Source: Malacoraja senta (lineage: Eukaryota). Taken from it: a DNA stretch of 64,000 bases. The notes under the pieces are model-generated. The model was given only the letters and a program-made list of their open reading frames with translations, did not search any database and was not told the DNA's origin. Shown piece by piece: positions 22,899 to 35,300 of this stretch. The translations under genes and the position numbers were made by a program. The first letter of the stretch is position 1, and each line of letters starts with the position of its first letter. The stretch is taken from NCBI GenBank assembly GCA_038087875.1, contig JAXLNO010000350.1:62001-126000 (forward strand). The letters are read 5' to 3'.

Positions 22899-23098
22899 NN
22901 NNNNNNNNNNNNNNNNNNNNNNNNNNNNNNNNNNNNNNNNNNNNNNNNNNNNNNNNNNNNNNNNNNNNNNNNNNNNNNNNNNNNNNNNNNNNNNNNNNNN
23001 NNNNNNNNNNNNNNNNNNNNNNNNNNNNNNNNNNNNNNNNNNNNNNNNNNNNNNNNNNNNNNNNNNNNNNNNNNNNNNNNNNNNNNNNNNNNNNNNNN
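22899..23098. other. Assembly gap (200 N)
   Basis: Run of N. Confidence 1.
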
Positions 23099-23489
23099 AG
23101 AGAGGAGAGGGAGGGAGAGGGGATGGGAGGAGTGAGGGAGACGGGGGAGGAGAGAAGGAAGGGGAGGAGAGAAGGAAGGGGAGGAGAGAAGGAGGGGGAG
23201 GAGAGAAGGAGGGGGAGGAGAGAAGGAGGGTGAGAAAGGGTTAACGTTTAGGTTTATTATTGTCACATGTACTGAGGGACAGTGAAAAGTTTGTTTTGCT
23301 TGTAAACAGATTAGATAATACAGTAGATAAACTATGACCCTCTCCCCTCCGGCCCCTTACACGCCCTTATGAGAGGGGACGGGGGAAGAATTATTTTTTA
23401 AGCCTTGTATATAAAAATAAATAAAATTGTTTAAATCGAGATGTATTCTCTGAACTTAATTTAAGGGGGTGTTGTGGCAGACCTCACCT

Positions 23490-23671
23490 GCCCTCACCAA
23501 GATGGCCGCCGTCAACCCCTCACCAATCAGCGGCGCCGACCTTACCAAGATGGCCACCGTCAACCAATCAGCGGCGCCGACCTCACCAAGATGGTCGCCC
23601 GGGCCCCGCCTCCCGATCGACCGCATCAAGATGGCGGTGTCGTCGCTGCTGAGCGGCGGCCTAAGGTAAAT
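23490..23671 (+). promoter_or_regulatory. CpG-rich promoter/first exon with YY1, CCAAT and GC boxes; donor AG|GTAAAT at 23665/23666
   Basis: CAAGATGG at 23498, 23547, 23587 and 23627. CCAATCAG at 23523 and 23565. CCCCGCC at 23604. Confidence 0.72.
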
Positions 23672-24150
23672 AATGTTATAAATCAGCCGGGGATTGAGCG
23701 GGATCGGGTCAATATGGGGGAGAAGTGAGGTAAATCACCACATAAAGTAACTACACTAACGTGTATCTATCTATCTATCTATATCTATCTATCTGTGGGG
23801 ATACACAACTGGGGTCAAACTGGTTCTAAACCAGCCTCCCCCTCTTATTCACTGAGGGAAATAACCTTATAAATACATCAATAAATAAATACATCAATAA
23901 ATACATCAGCAGCGGAATAAATAAATAATCCCGGTAAATGTGGGGGAGAGAGAGAGAGAGAGAGAGCTGAGGTAAATCACCACATAAATAAACTACACGT
24001 CTGGGGCAAAACTGGGCTCAATTATATCAACTCACCGTCTGGAGCAGCGTCCTGAGATAAAACACCTTATAAACATCTATCTCCCTCTCTCTGGCTCCCC
24101 CCCTCTCTGTAAATAATCAATAAATCACCAAACTACACGTCTGGGGAAAT

Positions 24151-24534
24151 AAACCCGGTAAATCTGGTGGAGACCTGAGGTAAATAATGTTAGAAACCCA
24201 CAGGGGAGTGAAATAAACCTGGTAAATCTGGGGTAAAACTGAGGTCAATGATGTTAGAAACCCACAGGGGAGTGAAATAAACCCGGTAAATCTGGGGTAA
24301 AACTGAGGTCAATGATGTTAGAAACCCACAGGGGAGTGAAATAAACCCGGTAAATCTGGGGTAAAACTGAGGTCAATGATGTTAGAAACCCACAGGGGAG
24401 TGAAATAAACCCGGTAAATCTGGGGTAAAACTGAGGTCAATAATGTTAGAAACCCACAGGGGAGTGAAATAAACCCGGTAAATCTGGGGTAAAACTGAGG
24501 TCAATGATGTTAGAAACCCACAGGGGAGTGAAAT
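24151..24534. repeat. 64-bp minisatellite, 6 units (AAACCCGGTAAATCTGGGGTAAAACTGAGGTCAATGATGTTAGAAACCCACAGGGGAGTGAAAT)
   Basis: Units start at 24151, 24215, 24279, 24343, 24407 and 24471. Confidence 0.96.
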
Positions 24535-24544
24535 AAATCAGCAA

Positions 24545-25043
24545 ACAGTAGACAACAGGTGCAGGAGGAGGCCATTCGGCCCTTCGAGCCAGCACCGCCA
24601 TTCAATGTGATCATGGCTGATCATCCCCAATCAGTTCCCCGTTCCTGCCTTCTCCCCATATCCCCTGACTTTAAGAGCCCTATCTAGCTCTCTCTTGAAA
24701 GCATCCAGAGAACCGGCCTCCACCGCCCTCTGAGGCAGAGAATTCCACAGACTCACAACTCTCTGGGTGAAAAAGTGTTTCCTCATCTCCGTTCCAAATG
24801 CCTTACCGCTTTATTCTTAAAATTGCCCCTGGTTCTGGACTCCCCCAACATTGGGAACATTTTTGCTGCCTCTAGCGTGTCCAAACCTTAATAATCTTAT
24901 ACGATTCAATAAGATCCCCTCTCAACCTTCTAAATTCCAGAGTATACAAGCCCAGCCGCTCCAGTCTATCAACATATGACAGTCCCACCATCCCACGAAT
25001 TAACCTGATGAACCTTCGCTGCACTCCCTCAATAGCAAGAATG
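24545..25043 (-). mobile_element. CR1 LINE 3' fragment
   Basis: ILAIEGVQRRF..GLSY..RLERLGLYTLE peptide and CR1 3' UTR/tail. Confidence 0.9.
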
Positions 25044-26606
25044 TGCAGTGGAGTGAAATAAACAGTGCTATGGAGTCCGACCCAAAACACCCGACCCCTT
25101 GGTATAATAATTCTAAATCTGCTGTGATAACATTACACAAGATGGCATTTCATAAGAACTACACAGGGCTCGAAATTAACGGTTGCCCGGGTGCCAATGG
25201 CAACTTACAGTCCTGCCGGGCAACCTAAAAGCCATGCGATTTTTCCCGGCTTGGCAAGCAACCGGGACATCCGACCGCCATCCGTGTCCGGGTCTCGGTG
25301 CTTGCTCTCCGCTCAGCGCTAGACTCTCGGCTCTCCACTCAGCGCTAGGCTCTCGGGTCTCCGCTCAGCGCTAGGGTCTCGGGTCTCCGCTCAGCGCTAG
25401 ACTCTCGGCTCTCCGCTCAGCGCTGGGGTCTCGGGTCTCCGCTCAGCGCTAGGGTCTCGGGTCTCCGCTCGGCTCACGGGTCTCGGGTCTCCGCTCGGCA
25501 CGGCCGGCCGCCGAGCACATCATCTGCTGTGGTTGTGCGCCTGTGCTCGCCCTGCACATGCGCACTGCCACGGCAACTGGTCGGCGTCGGCCACTTTCAC
25601 CCACCCTTTGCATTGTGGGAGTTCTGGCCGCCATTGCTGTCCGGTCGTTGCCTCACCTGGAGTAATTCTTGCTTCTTGGTTTCCAGGTCCTCCAAAAATA
25701 TTCGAAATGGAATTTAAACTGGTGGACCCACCACCACCAAATTCCAAACTAAAAAATAACAGCCTATTGCATTTTATCTGTTTATTTATTGTGTATATAT
25801 ATGGTCTATAGTATATAGACACACTGAAGGTTTATCTCCTGTTCTGTATTATGTTTACATATTCTGTTGTGCTGCAGCAAGCAAGAATTTCATTGTCCTA
25901 TCTGGGACACATGACAATAAAACTCTCTTGACTTGGACTTAAGCAAAAAAGGGTTCTTGGGGGAAAAAAACTACCTTAAATTTAGTTGCGTCTGGTTGGG
26001 TACCTATAGTAGGGTGAAGACTATTCCATCCTTTAATTGTGCGGGGGAACTCCATGGAGCAGCCAGCATCTCTGGATAGAAAAAATTGGGTGACGTTTCA
26101 GGTAGAAACCCTTCTTTACATTTCCTCTGGTTTTAGTGTTCTTAGTTTAATTTAAAGATACAGTGTGGAAACAGGCCCTTCAGCCCACCGAGTCCACGCC
26201 GACCACCGATCAACCATACTCTAGTTCTATCCCACACATCAGCAACGTAAGTCAAGAGTGTTTTATTCTCTCACGTCCCAGTTAGAACAATGAAATCCTT
26301 ACTTGCAGCAGCACAACAGAATATGTAAACATAATACTTTGTAAGCAATGTTATAAATGAGAAAACAAAACTCCATACAGACAGCACCCATATTCAGGAT
26401 CAATTCTGGGTCTCTGGCAATTTTAGGCAGCCACTTTATGGCCAATGTACTGCCCCAATAGCCTTGAACTGAATTAAAACATACAGTAGCTGTAAAGGGG
26501 GACATAGCGTCACTTAGAGATATAAGATTGACAATGGATAGTTTCTTTTTTTTTAGTAACCAAAGTTATCAACGTATAATTTTTTGTGTGTTGGAAAATA
26601 AAATAT

Positions 26607-26832
26607 AGTGGCACAGCTGGTGGACTTGCTGCCTCACACGCCAGAGATCTGTGTTCGATCCTGTTCTCGGGCACTGTCTGTGTTGAATTTGCACATTCTC
26701 CCTGCAAGCATGTGGGTTTCCTCCCACATCCCAAAGACGCATTGACTTTGTAGGTTAACTTGTCTCTGTAAAATTGCCCCTAATGTGCAGGGAGTGGGTG
26801 AGGAAAGTGGGATAACAGAACTTGTGTGAATG
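26607..26832 (+). mobile_element. tRNA-derived V-SINE (HE1-like), degenerate
   Basis: A-box GTGGCACAGCTGG, B-box GTTCGATCC, and V-domain-like TGTGTTGAATTTGCACATTCTCCC...GGTTTCCTCCCACATCCCAAAGAC. Confidence 0.8.
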
Positions 26833-26833
26833 G

Positions 26834-27282
26834 GTAGACAAAAATGCTGGAAAAACTCAGCAGGTGAGGCAGCATCTATGGAGCAAAGGAAATAGGCGAC
26901 GTTTCGGGTCGAGACCCTTGTTCAGACTGATGTCGGGAGGGGTGGGGGGCGGAAAAATGAAAGGAAGAGGCGGAGACAGTAGGCTGTGGGAGAGCTGGGA
27001 ATGGGAGGGGAGGGAGGGAGAAAGCAAGGACGACCTGAAATTGGAGAAGCCAATGTTCATACCGCTGGGGTGTAAACTACCCAAGCAAAATATGAGGTGC
27101 TGTTCCTCCAATTTGTGGTGGGCCTCACTCTGGCCATGGAGGAGGCCCAGGACAGAAAGGTTGGATTCGGAATGGGAGGGGGAGTTGAAGTGCTGAACCA
27201 CCGGGAGATCAGGTTGGTTATTGCGAACTGAGTGGAGGTGTTGTGCGAAGCGATCGCCAAGCCTGCGCTTGGTCTCACCGAG
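26834..27282 (-). mobile_element. Penelope-like element 3' fragment (GIY-YIG endonuclease C-terminal half plus terminal repeat)
   Basis: GETKRRLGDRFAQH...PVVQHFNSPSH...EQHLIFCLGSLHPSGMN. Confidence 0.88.
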
Positions 27283-29129
27283 GTTGATCATACGCTGAAT
27301 AACCATATTTTTGTTTGGAAGTGGAAAGAGATAATAGAAATTGCATTCATTGCAACATGTAAAAAGAGATGAGATACTGTATTGTAATTTAGCTGCATGT
27401 CATTGTGGTATATATCATGTCTTGATTGGTGAATATGTTTAGTTTGTGACTTTATTTGAAGCAAAAATAATATGTGAGTGCTTCATTGACCATAATTCCG
27501 ACTGGTAACTACGCACTTCGTCCGAGCACATTATCGCACGCGTCATGCAAGCCGTCTTAAATGACCACCTAAACTGTCATTAGGCAACCTAAAAAGCTGC
27601 CGAGGTTGCCCGGCTGGCAACAGGGGAAAAATAGTTAAGTGAGAGCCCTGCTACATGATTCAATATGCTAAATGAAAAAATATATATAGAAAGGACTATG
27701 ACAAAATTAAAATTCCATTGAATTAAATACAAATTATAAAATAATTATTCCAAAATTTATAAACTAAGGCCACAGGTATGAGCTAAATGGCAAAAAAAAA
27801 ATCCCAAGTGCAATAGAAGTTAAAAGTAAATGCACAGGTAGTTAAGTTTGTTACAAAAGTTCATACCTAAAATTTATTAATAACGTCCTTAGGAACAGAA
27901 TTGCTTCTGCCAGATCCTCTTTCCTTGAAGCCCTTAAATCTGATTCATTTATTTTCAGTGCTGAGAACAGTCTCTCCACACGGACCTGAGTGGGTGGTAT
28001 GGCTGTTACTATCATAGCTGCAAACGTTACTATTTCTGGATAAGTAGGGATGATGGGGAATTATAGACCAGTTATCCTGACATCGGTGATGGGGAAGATG
28101 CTGGAGTCAATTATTAAAGAAGTTATAATGGCGAATTTGGATAGCAATAAAAGGATTGGTCCAAGTCAGCATGGATTTATGAAGGGACAAGGAAAATGGA
28201 TGAAGGAGAGCCAGTGGATGTAGTGTATCTGGACTTTCAGAATGCCTTTGATAAGGCCCCATATAGGAGATTAGTGGGCAAAATTAGAGCACATGGTATT
28301 GGAGGTAGGGTATTGACATGGATTGAGAATTGGTTGGCAGACAGGAAACAAAGAGTAGGAATAAACGGGTCCCTGTCAGAATGGCAGGCAGTGGTGAGTG
28401 GAGTGCCGCAAGGCTCGGTGCTGGGGCCACAACTACTTACAATATATATTAATGATTTAGATGATGGAATTGAAAGTAACACTAGCAAATTTGCAGATGA
28501 CACAAAGCTAGGTGGCAGTGTGAACTGCGAAGAGGATGCTAGGAGGTTGCAGGGTAACTTGGACAGGTTGAGTGAGTGGGCAGATGCATGGAGATGTAGT
28601 ATAATGTAGATCAACGTGAGGTTATCCACTTTGGCGGCAAGAACAACGAGGCAGATTCTTATCTCAATGGTGTCAGATTAGGAAAAAGGGAAGTGCAACG
28701 AGACCTGGGTGTTCTTGTACACCAGTCACTGAAAGTAGACATGCAGGTACAGCAGACAGTGAAGAAAGCTAATGGCATGTTGGCCTTCATAACGAGAGGA
28801 TTTGAGTATAGGAGGTTCTTCTGCAGTTGTACAGGCCCCTGGTGAGACCACATCTGGAGTATTGCGTGCAGTTTTAGTCTCCTAATTTGAGGAAAGACAT
28901 TCTTGCTATTGAGGCAGTGCAGCGTAGGTTCACGAGGTTAATCCTCGGGATGGCGGGACTGTCATATGTGGAAAGAGTGGGCTTGTATTCACTAGAGGTT
29001 ATGATGAAAGGGTGATCTTATGGAAACATTAAATTATAAAAGGACTGGACAAGCTGGATGCAGGAAAAATGTTCCCAATGTTTGGGAAGTTGGGAACCAG
29101 GGGCCACTATCATTAATATAAAGGGTAGG

Positions 29130-31724
29130 CAGGGCTCTCACTTAACTTTTTTTCTCTGTTGCCAGCCGGGCAACCTTGGTGGTCATTTAAGACGGTTTGC
29201 ATGACGCGTGCGATAATCTGCTCGGACGAAGTGTGTAGTTACTAGTCGGAATTATTCTCAATGAAGAATTCACATATGTTCAAGAAGGAACTGCAGATGC
29301 TGGAAAATCGAAGGTAGACAAAAGTGCTGGAGAAACTCAGCGGGTGCAGCAGCATCTATGGAGCGAAGGAAATAGGCAACATTTCAGGCCGAAACCCATC
29401 AGTCTGAAGAAGGGTTTTAGCCCGATAAGTTGCCTATTTCCTTCGCCCCATAGATGCTGCCGCATCCGCTGAGTTTCTCTAGCACTTTTGTCTACATTCA
29501 CATATTATTTCTGCTTCAAATAACTCACTAACTAAACATATTCACCAATCAAGACATGATATATACCACAATGACGCAGCAAAATTATAATACAATATCT
29601 CAACTCTTTTTACACATTGCAATTAATGCAATTTCTATTAGTTCTTTCCACTTCCAAACTAAAATGTGGTTGGATTATTCAGCGTATGATCAACCTGTGT
29701 CAATAAATCCTGGACCATGGTAACATATATGCTTAACTATGCACACTACAGATTGATGCGAGCATGTTCTCTGTGAAAGACCGAAAATTATCATGACATG
29801 GCCTTAGCAAGGGTCGTTATTGCTATTGGTACAGAAACACTCTCGCTTCCCACATAATTTATCCATAACAAAATATACAGGTTGCAAGGAAATTTCTAAA
29901 GGCATTTTATGATAATAGCTATTAAAACCGACTACACCCATCTGACAGGTTAAACATTACACTAACTGACAAGAGATGGCCAAAGTACATAACTGCAGGA
30001 AATGTTCTTTTGGTAATATGTTTAAAGGTGTCAAAAAAAATAATAACATTGGGAATTAAAACACATTTGATTGCATTCCGTTATCAAACATAGTCAATGT
30101 TCGCTCTGAAGTCCATGAAGCACAATAGGGTCAGGGAGGGTGTGTGTGTGTGAATCAATGCGGGGTGGATAGATGGCGGGGGGGGGGGGGGGGGGGGGGA
30201 GAGTGTTGAGAAGGCAATCGGTGCGGAATGGATGGATTGAGGCAGGTGAATTAGTACATGTTGGTTGTAGTATGGCAAATTATGAGGGGAGAGCACAGGG
30301 GATGTCAGTGGTGTTGAATGGGGGGTTCAGTACGGGATGGATGGGGGGGTCAGTACAGGATGAATGGGGGGTCAGTACAGGATGAATGGGGGTAGACAAA
30401 AATGCTGGAGAAACTCAGCGGGTGAGACACCATCTATGGAGTGAAGGAAATAGGCAACGATTCTGGTCGAGACCCTTCTTCAGACTGTTCCCCCCATTCT
30501 TGAATGGGGGGATCAGTACAGGATGAATGGGGGAGGGTGGGGGTCAGGACAGTGTGGATCGGAGGGTCTGTGCAGGATGAATGGGGGATCACTACAGGAT
30601 GAATATGGGGATCAGTATAGGATGAATGAGGGGATCAGTATAGGATGCATGAGGGGATCAGTACAGGATGCATGAGGGATCAGTAAAAGATGAATGGGGA
30701 GATCACTACAGGATGGATCGGGGGGATTGTTGCAGGGTAAATGGAGGGTGGGTCAGTACGGGATAAATGGGAGGATCAGTGCAGTATGAATGTGGGGAGA
30801 AGTGCAGGATGAATGGGAAGGGGGGTCAGTACAGGATGAATTGGGGGACCAGTGTAGGATGGATGGGGGGTGGCAGGAGAATCAATGCGAGATGGGTAGG
30901 GTGATGAATAGATTGGGGGGGGTGTAGATGGGGAGGGGAGCACAGGGGATGTCAGTGAGGACTGAATAGAGGAGGGAATGGAGATCAGTGCGGGATGGAG
31001 AGGAGGGGTCCCAGGATAAGAGGGGTGGAGGGGGGCGTACGGGAGAGAGAGAGGGGGGAAGGGGCAGAGGAGGTGGGGAGGAAGAAAGGTCAGCGCTCCT
31101 CGGACAACATCGCCCCGTTGCCTTGGCCGTCCCTGTCCAACGCGAAAGTGCCGCCGCCAAAGGGGGTGGCGGTTGGGACTCCTCGCCACCGCCTCCCCTC
31201 CTCCGCCAGCCAACAGCAAGGTGCGGGGCCGAGCGGTGCAGCTCAAAGATCCTATAGCTATAGGAACTGTCGTGCAGCTCCTTCAGACGGCGGAAGGAGG
31301 CCCCCCCGTTATCAGGGCGATAGCGGCCGCTGCTTGCAAATCCGCCAACGCCGCTTTCAAAACAACCCCTCTCGCACGCCGAGGAGGGAGAGAGAGAGAG
31401 GGAGGCCTCCTTCCGCCGGTCGGGGTGTGGGAGGAGGAGGCGGTGGAGCCGCTGCTGCCGCTGTTCGGGGCCCGTCATTCGCTCTGACCCTTCGTCACCA
31501 CGCACCTAGTATCTTTGCCCCGCACAGCCGCCACCGACACGAAACGTCACGTTCTTATTCTCCAGAGATGCTGCCTGACCCGCGGAGTTACTCCAGTTTT
31601 TTGTGTCTATCGGTATAAACCAGTATTTGATTGCCAAGCCGGGCAAAATGACTCGGTGTTTAGGTTGCCCGGCGGCACTTTGGGTGGTAAATGGCACCCA
31701 GGCAACCGCTATTTTCGAGCCCTG
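29130..31724. mobile_element. hAT5-like non-autonomous DNA transposon, 2,595 bp
   Basis: CAGGGCTC TIRs; TSD GTAGG/GGAGG (1 mismatch). Empty site at ~62976. Colinear with 15050-17449. Confidence 0.85.
29278..29495. mobile_element. Short Penelope insertion with inverted terminal-repeat arms
   Basis: 10-bp TSD ATTCACATAT (29268-29277 and 29496-29505). Arms at ~29314-29397 and ~29411-29495. Confidence 0.85.
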
Positions 31725-32165
31725 GGAGGCCATTTAAAACTCATATGAGCAAAAAAAAATCACAAAATATTTGTGAATTTGTGGACTTCTCTGCCACAGA
31801 AGGCAGTGGAGGTTAATTCACTGGATGAATTGAAAAGAGAGTTAGATATAGCTCTTGGGAATAGTGGAATCATGGGATATGGGGAGAAGGCAGGCATGGG
31901 TTACTGATTGTGTATAATCAGCCATGATCACAATGAAAGGCGCTGGAACGAAGGGCCAAATGCACCTATTTTCTATGTTTCTATGCCCCATCTACACCAT
32001 TTACTCTATTCCCCTCTACATTTTATGCACTTGTAGGGCTTTTATGCAATAGCATTGGTGTTATTAATTTTGTTTATTGCATGGTATCTATGTATATTGT
32101 GTTAATAGGCCTGTAAATCTGCACTGTAAAAATGTAATTGTTCCACTGTTGGTACATATGACATC

Positions 32166-32946
32166 AAAAGAAAGATAGCTGAATGGATAGAAAATTGGCT
32201 TCAAGGAAGAAAGCAGAGGGTGATGGTGGAAGGTTGCTTTTCGGACTGGAGGCCTGTTACTAGTGGTGTGCCTCAGGGTTCGGTGCTGGGCCCGTTACTG
32301 TTTGTGCTCTACCGATGATTTGGATGAGAACATACAGGGCAATATTAGCAAGTTTGCTGATGATACAAAAGTGGGTAGTCTTGCGGATAGTGAAGATGAT
32401 TGTGAAAAATTGCAGCAGGATCTGGATCGATTGGCCAGGTGGGCTGAAGAATGGTTGATGGAATTTAATACATAGAAATGTGAGGTGTTGTATTTTGGGA
32501 AGTCTAACACGGGCAGGACCTACACATTGAATGGTAGGCCTCTGGGTCGTGTTGTAGAGCAGAGTGATCTAGGAGTACAGGAACATAATTCATTGAAAGT
32601 GGCATCACAGGTAGATAAGGTGGTCAAAAAGGCTTTTGGCACATTGGCCTTTATCAGTCAGAGTGTTGAATATAGAAGTTGGGCGGTCATGTTGCAGTTG
32701 AAATAGACGTTGGTGAGGCCACGTGTAGAGTTTTATGTTCAATTTTGGTCGCTATGTTTTAGGGAAGATGTCGTCAAGCTGCAAATGGCACTGAAGATTT
32801 ACGAGTATGTTGCCAGGACTAGAGGGTCTGAACTATAGGGAGAGTTGTGTAGGTTTGGACTCTATTCCTTGGAGCGCAGGAGGATGAGGGGTGATGAGTA
32901 AAATCATGAGAGGATTAGATCGGATAGATGCACAGTCTCTTGCCCA
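32166..32946 (+). mobile_element. CR1 LINE RT fragment (different subfamily)
   Basis: [35 protein letters not shown] and DLGV motifs, with stops and frameshifts. Confidence 0.88.
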
Positions 32947-32999
32947 CTCTACCTATTATTGTGGATAATTGGCCTAAACGTCGCGTGTGGGTGAGATGC

Positions 33000-33600
33000 C
33001 TGCTGATATGTAAACATATTACAGAACAGGAGATAAAAGTTCAGTGTGTCTATATACCATAAACCATATATATACACAATAAATAAACAGATCAAATGCA
33101 ATATGCTGTTATTTTTCAGAGTTTGGAGTTTGGTGGTGGTGGGTCCACCAGTTTAAATTCCATTTGGAATATTTTTGGAGGGCCAGGAAACCTAGAAACA
33201 AGAGTTACTCCGGGGAGTTACTCCAGCTCCAGGCAGTGAATCTGCGTTGGTTTTCAGCGGTCGCGGTGATGTCAGCCAGATCTCCCACAATGCAAATGGT
33301 GGGAGAAAATGGCCGACGCCAACCCGTTGCCGTGGCAGTGCACATGTGCAGGGCGCCACATGCGCACAACCATGGCCGATGATGTGCTGGCCATGGTTGT
33401 GCGCATGTGCAGGGGGAGGATGTGCAGGCCGTGGCAGTGCGCATGTGTAAGGCGGCCTGCCATGCCGACCAGAGACCCGAGAGCCGATACCCGGACACGG
33501 ATGGTGGGCGGAGACGGAGAGTGACAGAGAGAGAGAGAGATAGAGAGGGGGCCCGCTCAGAATTAAATGATAGGTGCCCCGGGTGCTTGCCAAGCCGGGG
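33000..33600. mobile_element. Partial copy of the hAT5-like element (reverse complement of ~25245-25870; TIR lost)
   Basis: Shared GC-rich block and CTTGCCAAGCCGGG subterminal motif. Confidence 0.65.
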
Positions 33601-34048
33601 AATTATTGTCACGTGTACTGAGGTACAGTGAAAAGCTTGGTCTGTCTCCCAGACGAGACGGAGGATCAACCAGACGGAGGAGCCCCTCTCCCAGATGGAG
33701 CAAGTCTCCCAGACGCAAGAGGCAATCACAGCCCGCATCACAAGGTAATGTGGTGGAGGAACCTGCTCACATCGTGCCAAGCCACACTCACACACAACAG
33801 AAATACAACACAGAACGAGTCGGAAATACGACTCGCACGAGAAGTGGCCGATTGTCAATACCCCCAACTCGACTTGTTATGTAAAATAGTTAGGCAATGA
33901 TTTGCAGTTTTGTAATATAATGTTCAAAGTATAAAGAGGACTGTGTTTATTGTAGGTAGACAAAATTGCTGGAGAAACTCAGCGGGTGAGGCAGCATCTA
34001 TGGTGCGAAGGAATAGGTGACGTCTCGGGTCGAGACCCTTCTTCAGAC

Positions 34049-34411
34049 CAAAGATCTCTCCTTCTAAATGCAATGGGCTGACGTGTAGTACGCAACGGAG
34101 CGGAACGTGGGCCTTTTTTTCATCCATTTCAGTAACCCGACTCGCAGTGTAATCAACGTTGCGGGGGAACAGTTTGTGTTAATAAATTATAATTCTGAAA
34201 ATGAGGAAAAGATTTTCCCCAAATAACTTTTATTTTTACGAGGATGTTTCCGTAACCGGCTTCCGTCTCCGCACTAGTATCCTATGGGATCTTTGGTGCG
34301 GAGACGGAAGCCGGTTACGGAAATGGGGCCGAAAATTACCCATGAATCTGCCCATGACCATACTATGTCTTTTTCATCGAGTGATCTATCTTGCTTGCTA
34401 TAGGATCTTTG
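34049..34411. mobile_element. P-element-like insertion (CAAAGATC termini, 8-bp TSD) inside a Penelope terminal repeat
   Basis: TSD CTTCAGAC at 34041-34048 and 34412-34419. Right end GCTATAGGATCTTTG. Absent in the paralog at ~11932. Confidence 0.8.
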
Positions 34412-34781
34412 CTTCAGACTGATGTGGAGGTGGGAGGGGGGGGAGGGGGGCGGGGGAAGGAAAGGAAGAGGCGGAGACAGTAGGCTGTGGGAGAGCTGGA
34501 AAGGGGAGGAGAAGGAGGGAGAAAGCAGGGACTACCTGAAATTAGAGAAGTCAATGTTCATACCGCTGGGGTGTAAACTGTGAAAGAGTCAATAGCTATT
34601 ATATCGTTTGCTGCCATATTGAATCCTTTCTGTAATGAAAGAGCTAATTGCTATTGCATTGCCTTCAGGGATGCTTGACCGAAGAGTATTGTTTTTTTTA
34701 AGACAAACTTCTAAGTTGAAGAGTTCAATCAGATAAGGGGCCAGTTAGGGGAAGACACCAACGAGCACAGAAAAACAGCTC

Positions 34782-35300
34782 ATGGGGAATCTATTTCTGC
34801 TATTAGGAAAGTACTTGGAAAGAGGTTTTGCTACTGGGAAAGTAGTCGGCAATTGGCCCCGCAATCTAAAAACGTTTGTCGTTCACAAAGTAACCGGGCT
34901 GAGAAGAGATTCGTGGCTATGGGGAATAATCTGGACAAAAATGACAGGGGAACGCCCGTCCAACATGTGTAATTTGAATCCTAAAAGTAACAAAGACTAT
35001 AGAATAATAAGTTATAAGCTAACCAAACATTTGGGAGATGAATCTTGGCCAGTCGTAGGAACATGGAACGTAGAAACTGTTAAAAAGGCAGAAAAGATGA
35101 AAAAGGATGGTATACCTAATAATTAAGGATGGAAAGCGAAGGCAGAGAAGTGGAACGAGGAGAGTAGGGATTGGAGTTGGATGGATAATGCATGTAAGAG
35201 AGGGAGAGAGTTAAGGAACAAGGATGGCACTATGAAAGGATGGAAAGTAGCAGCTAGAATGCCAGTGGGCAGACGAACAAGAGAAAAGAACTAAGGGACA
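34782..35300 (+). mobile_element. Possible endogenous retrovirus gag (matrix-like) remnant
   Basis: ORF starts MG and contains WPVVGTWN, similar to the gamma-type MA motif WPxxGTF. Purine-rich; absent from the paralogous position. Confidence 0.4.

Larger units (their letters stand above)
25164..27650. mobile_element. hAT5-like non-autonomous DNA transposon, 2,487 bp, opposite orientation to the other two copies
   Basis: CAGGGCTC TIRs; TSD CTACA at 25159-25163 and 27651-27655. Empty sites at ~54936 and ~58387. Confidence 0.88.
28046..31985 (+). mobile_element. CR1 LINE RT region to 3' tail, split by the DNA transposon at 29130-31724
   Basis: [29 protein letters not shown] and FADD motifs. 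Sequence resumes at 31725 and ends in a CTATGTTT tail. Confidence 0.9.

Noticed and set aside
21370..23266. Pro/Thr/Gln-rich and Gly-rich ORFs (also 42620-43301 and 44611-45743)
   Set aside because: Low-complexity GGGTT, G-rich and GCTGG tracts inside Helitrons; some ORFs run through N gaps.
24151..24534. CRISPR, or a relative of the 64-bp satellite
   Set aside because: Whole units are identical with no spacers. Sequence is unrelated to the satellite, so the equal length looks coincidental.
26607..26680. tRNA gene
   Set aside because: A/B boxes belong to a degenerate V-SINE head; no intact cloverleaf.
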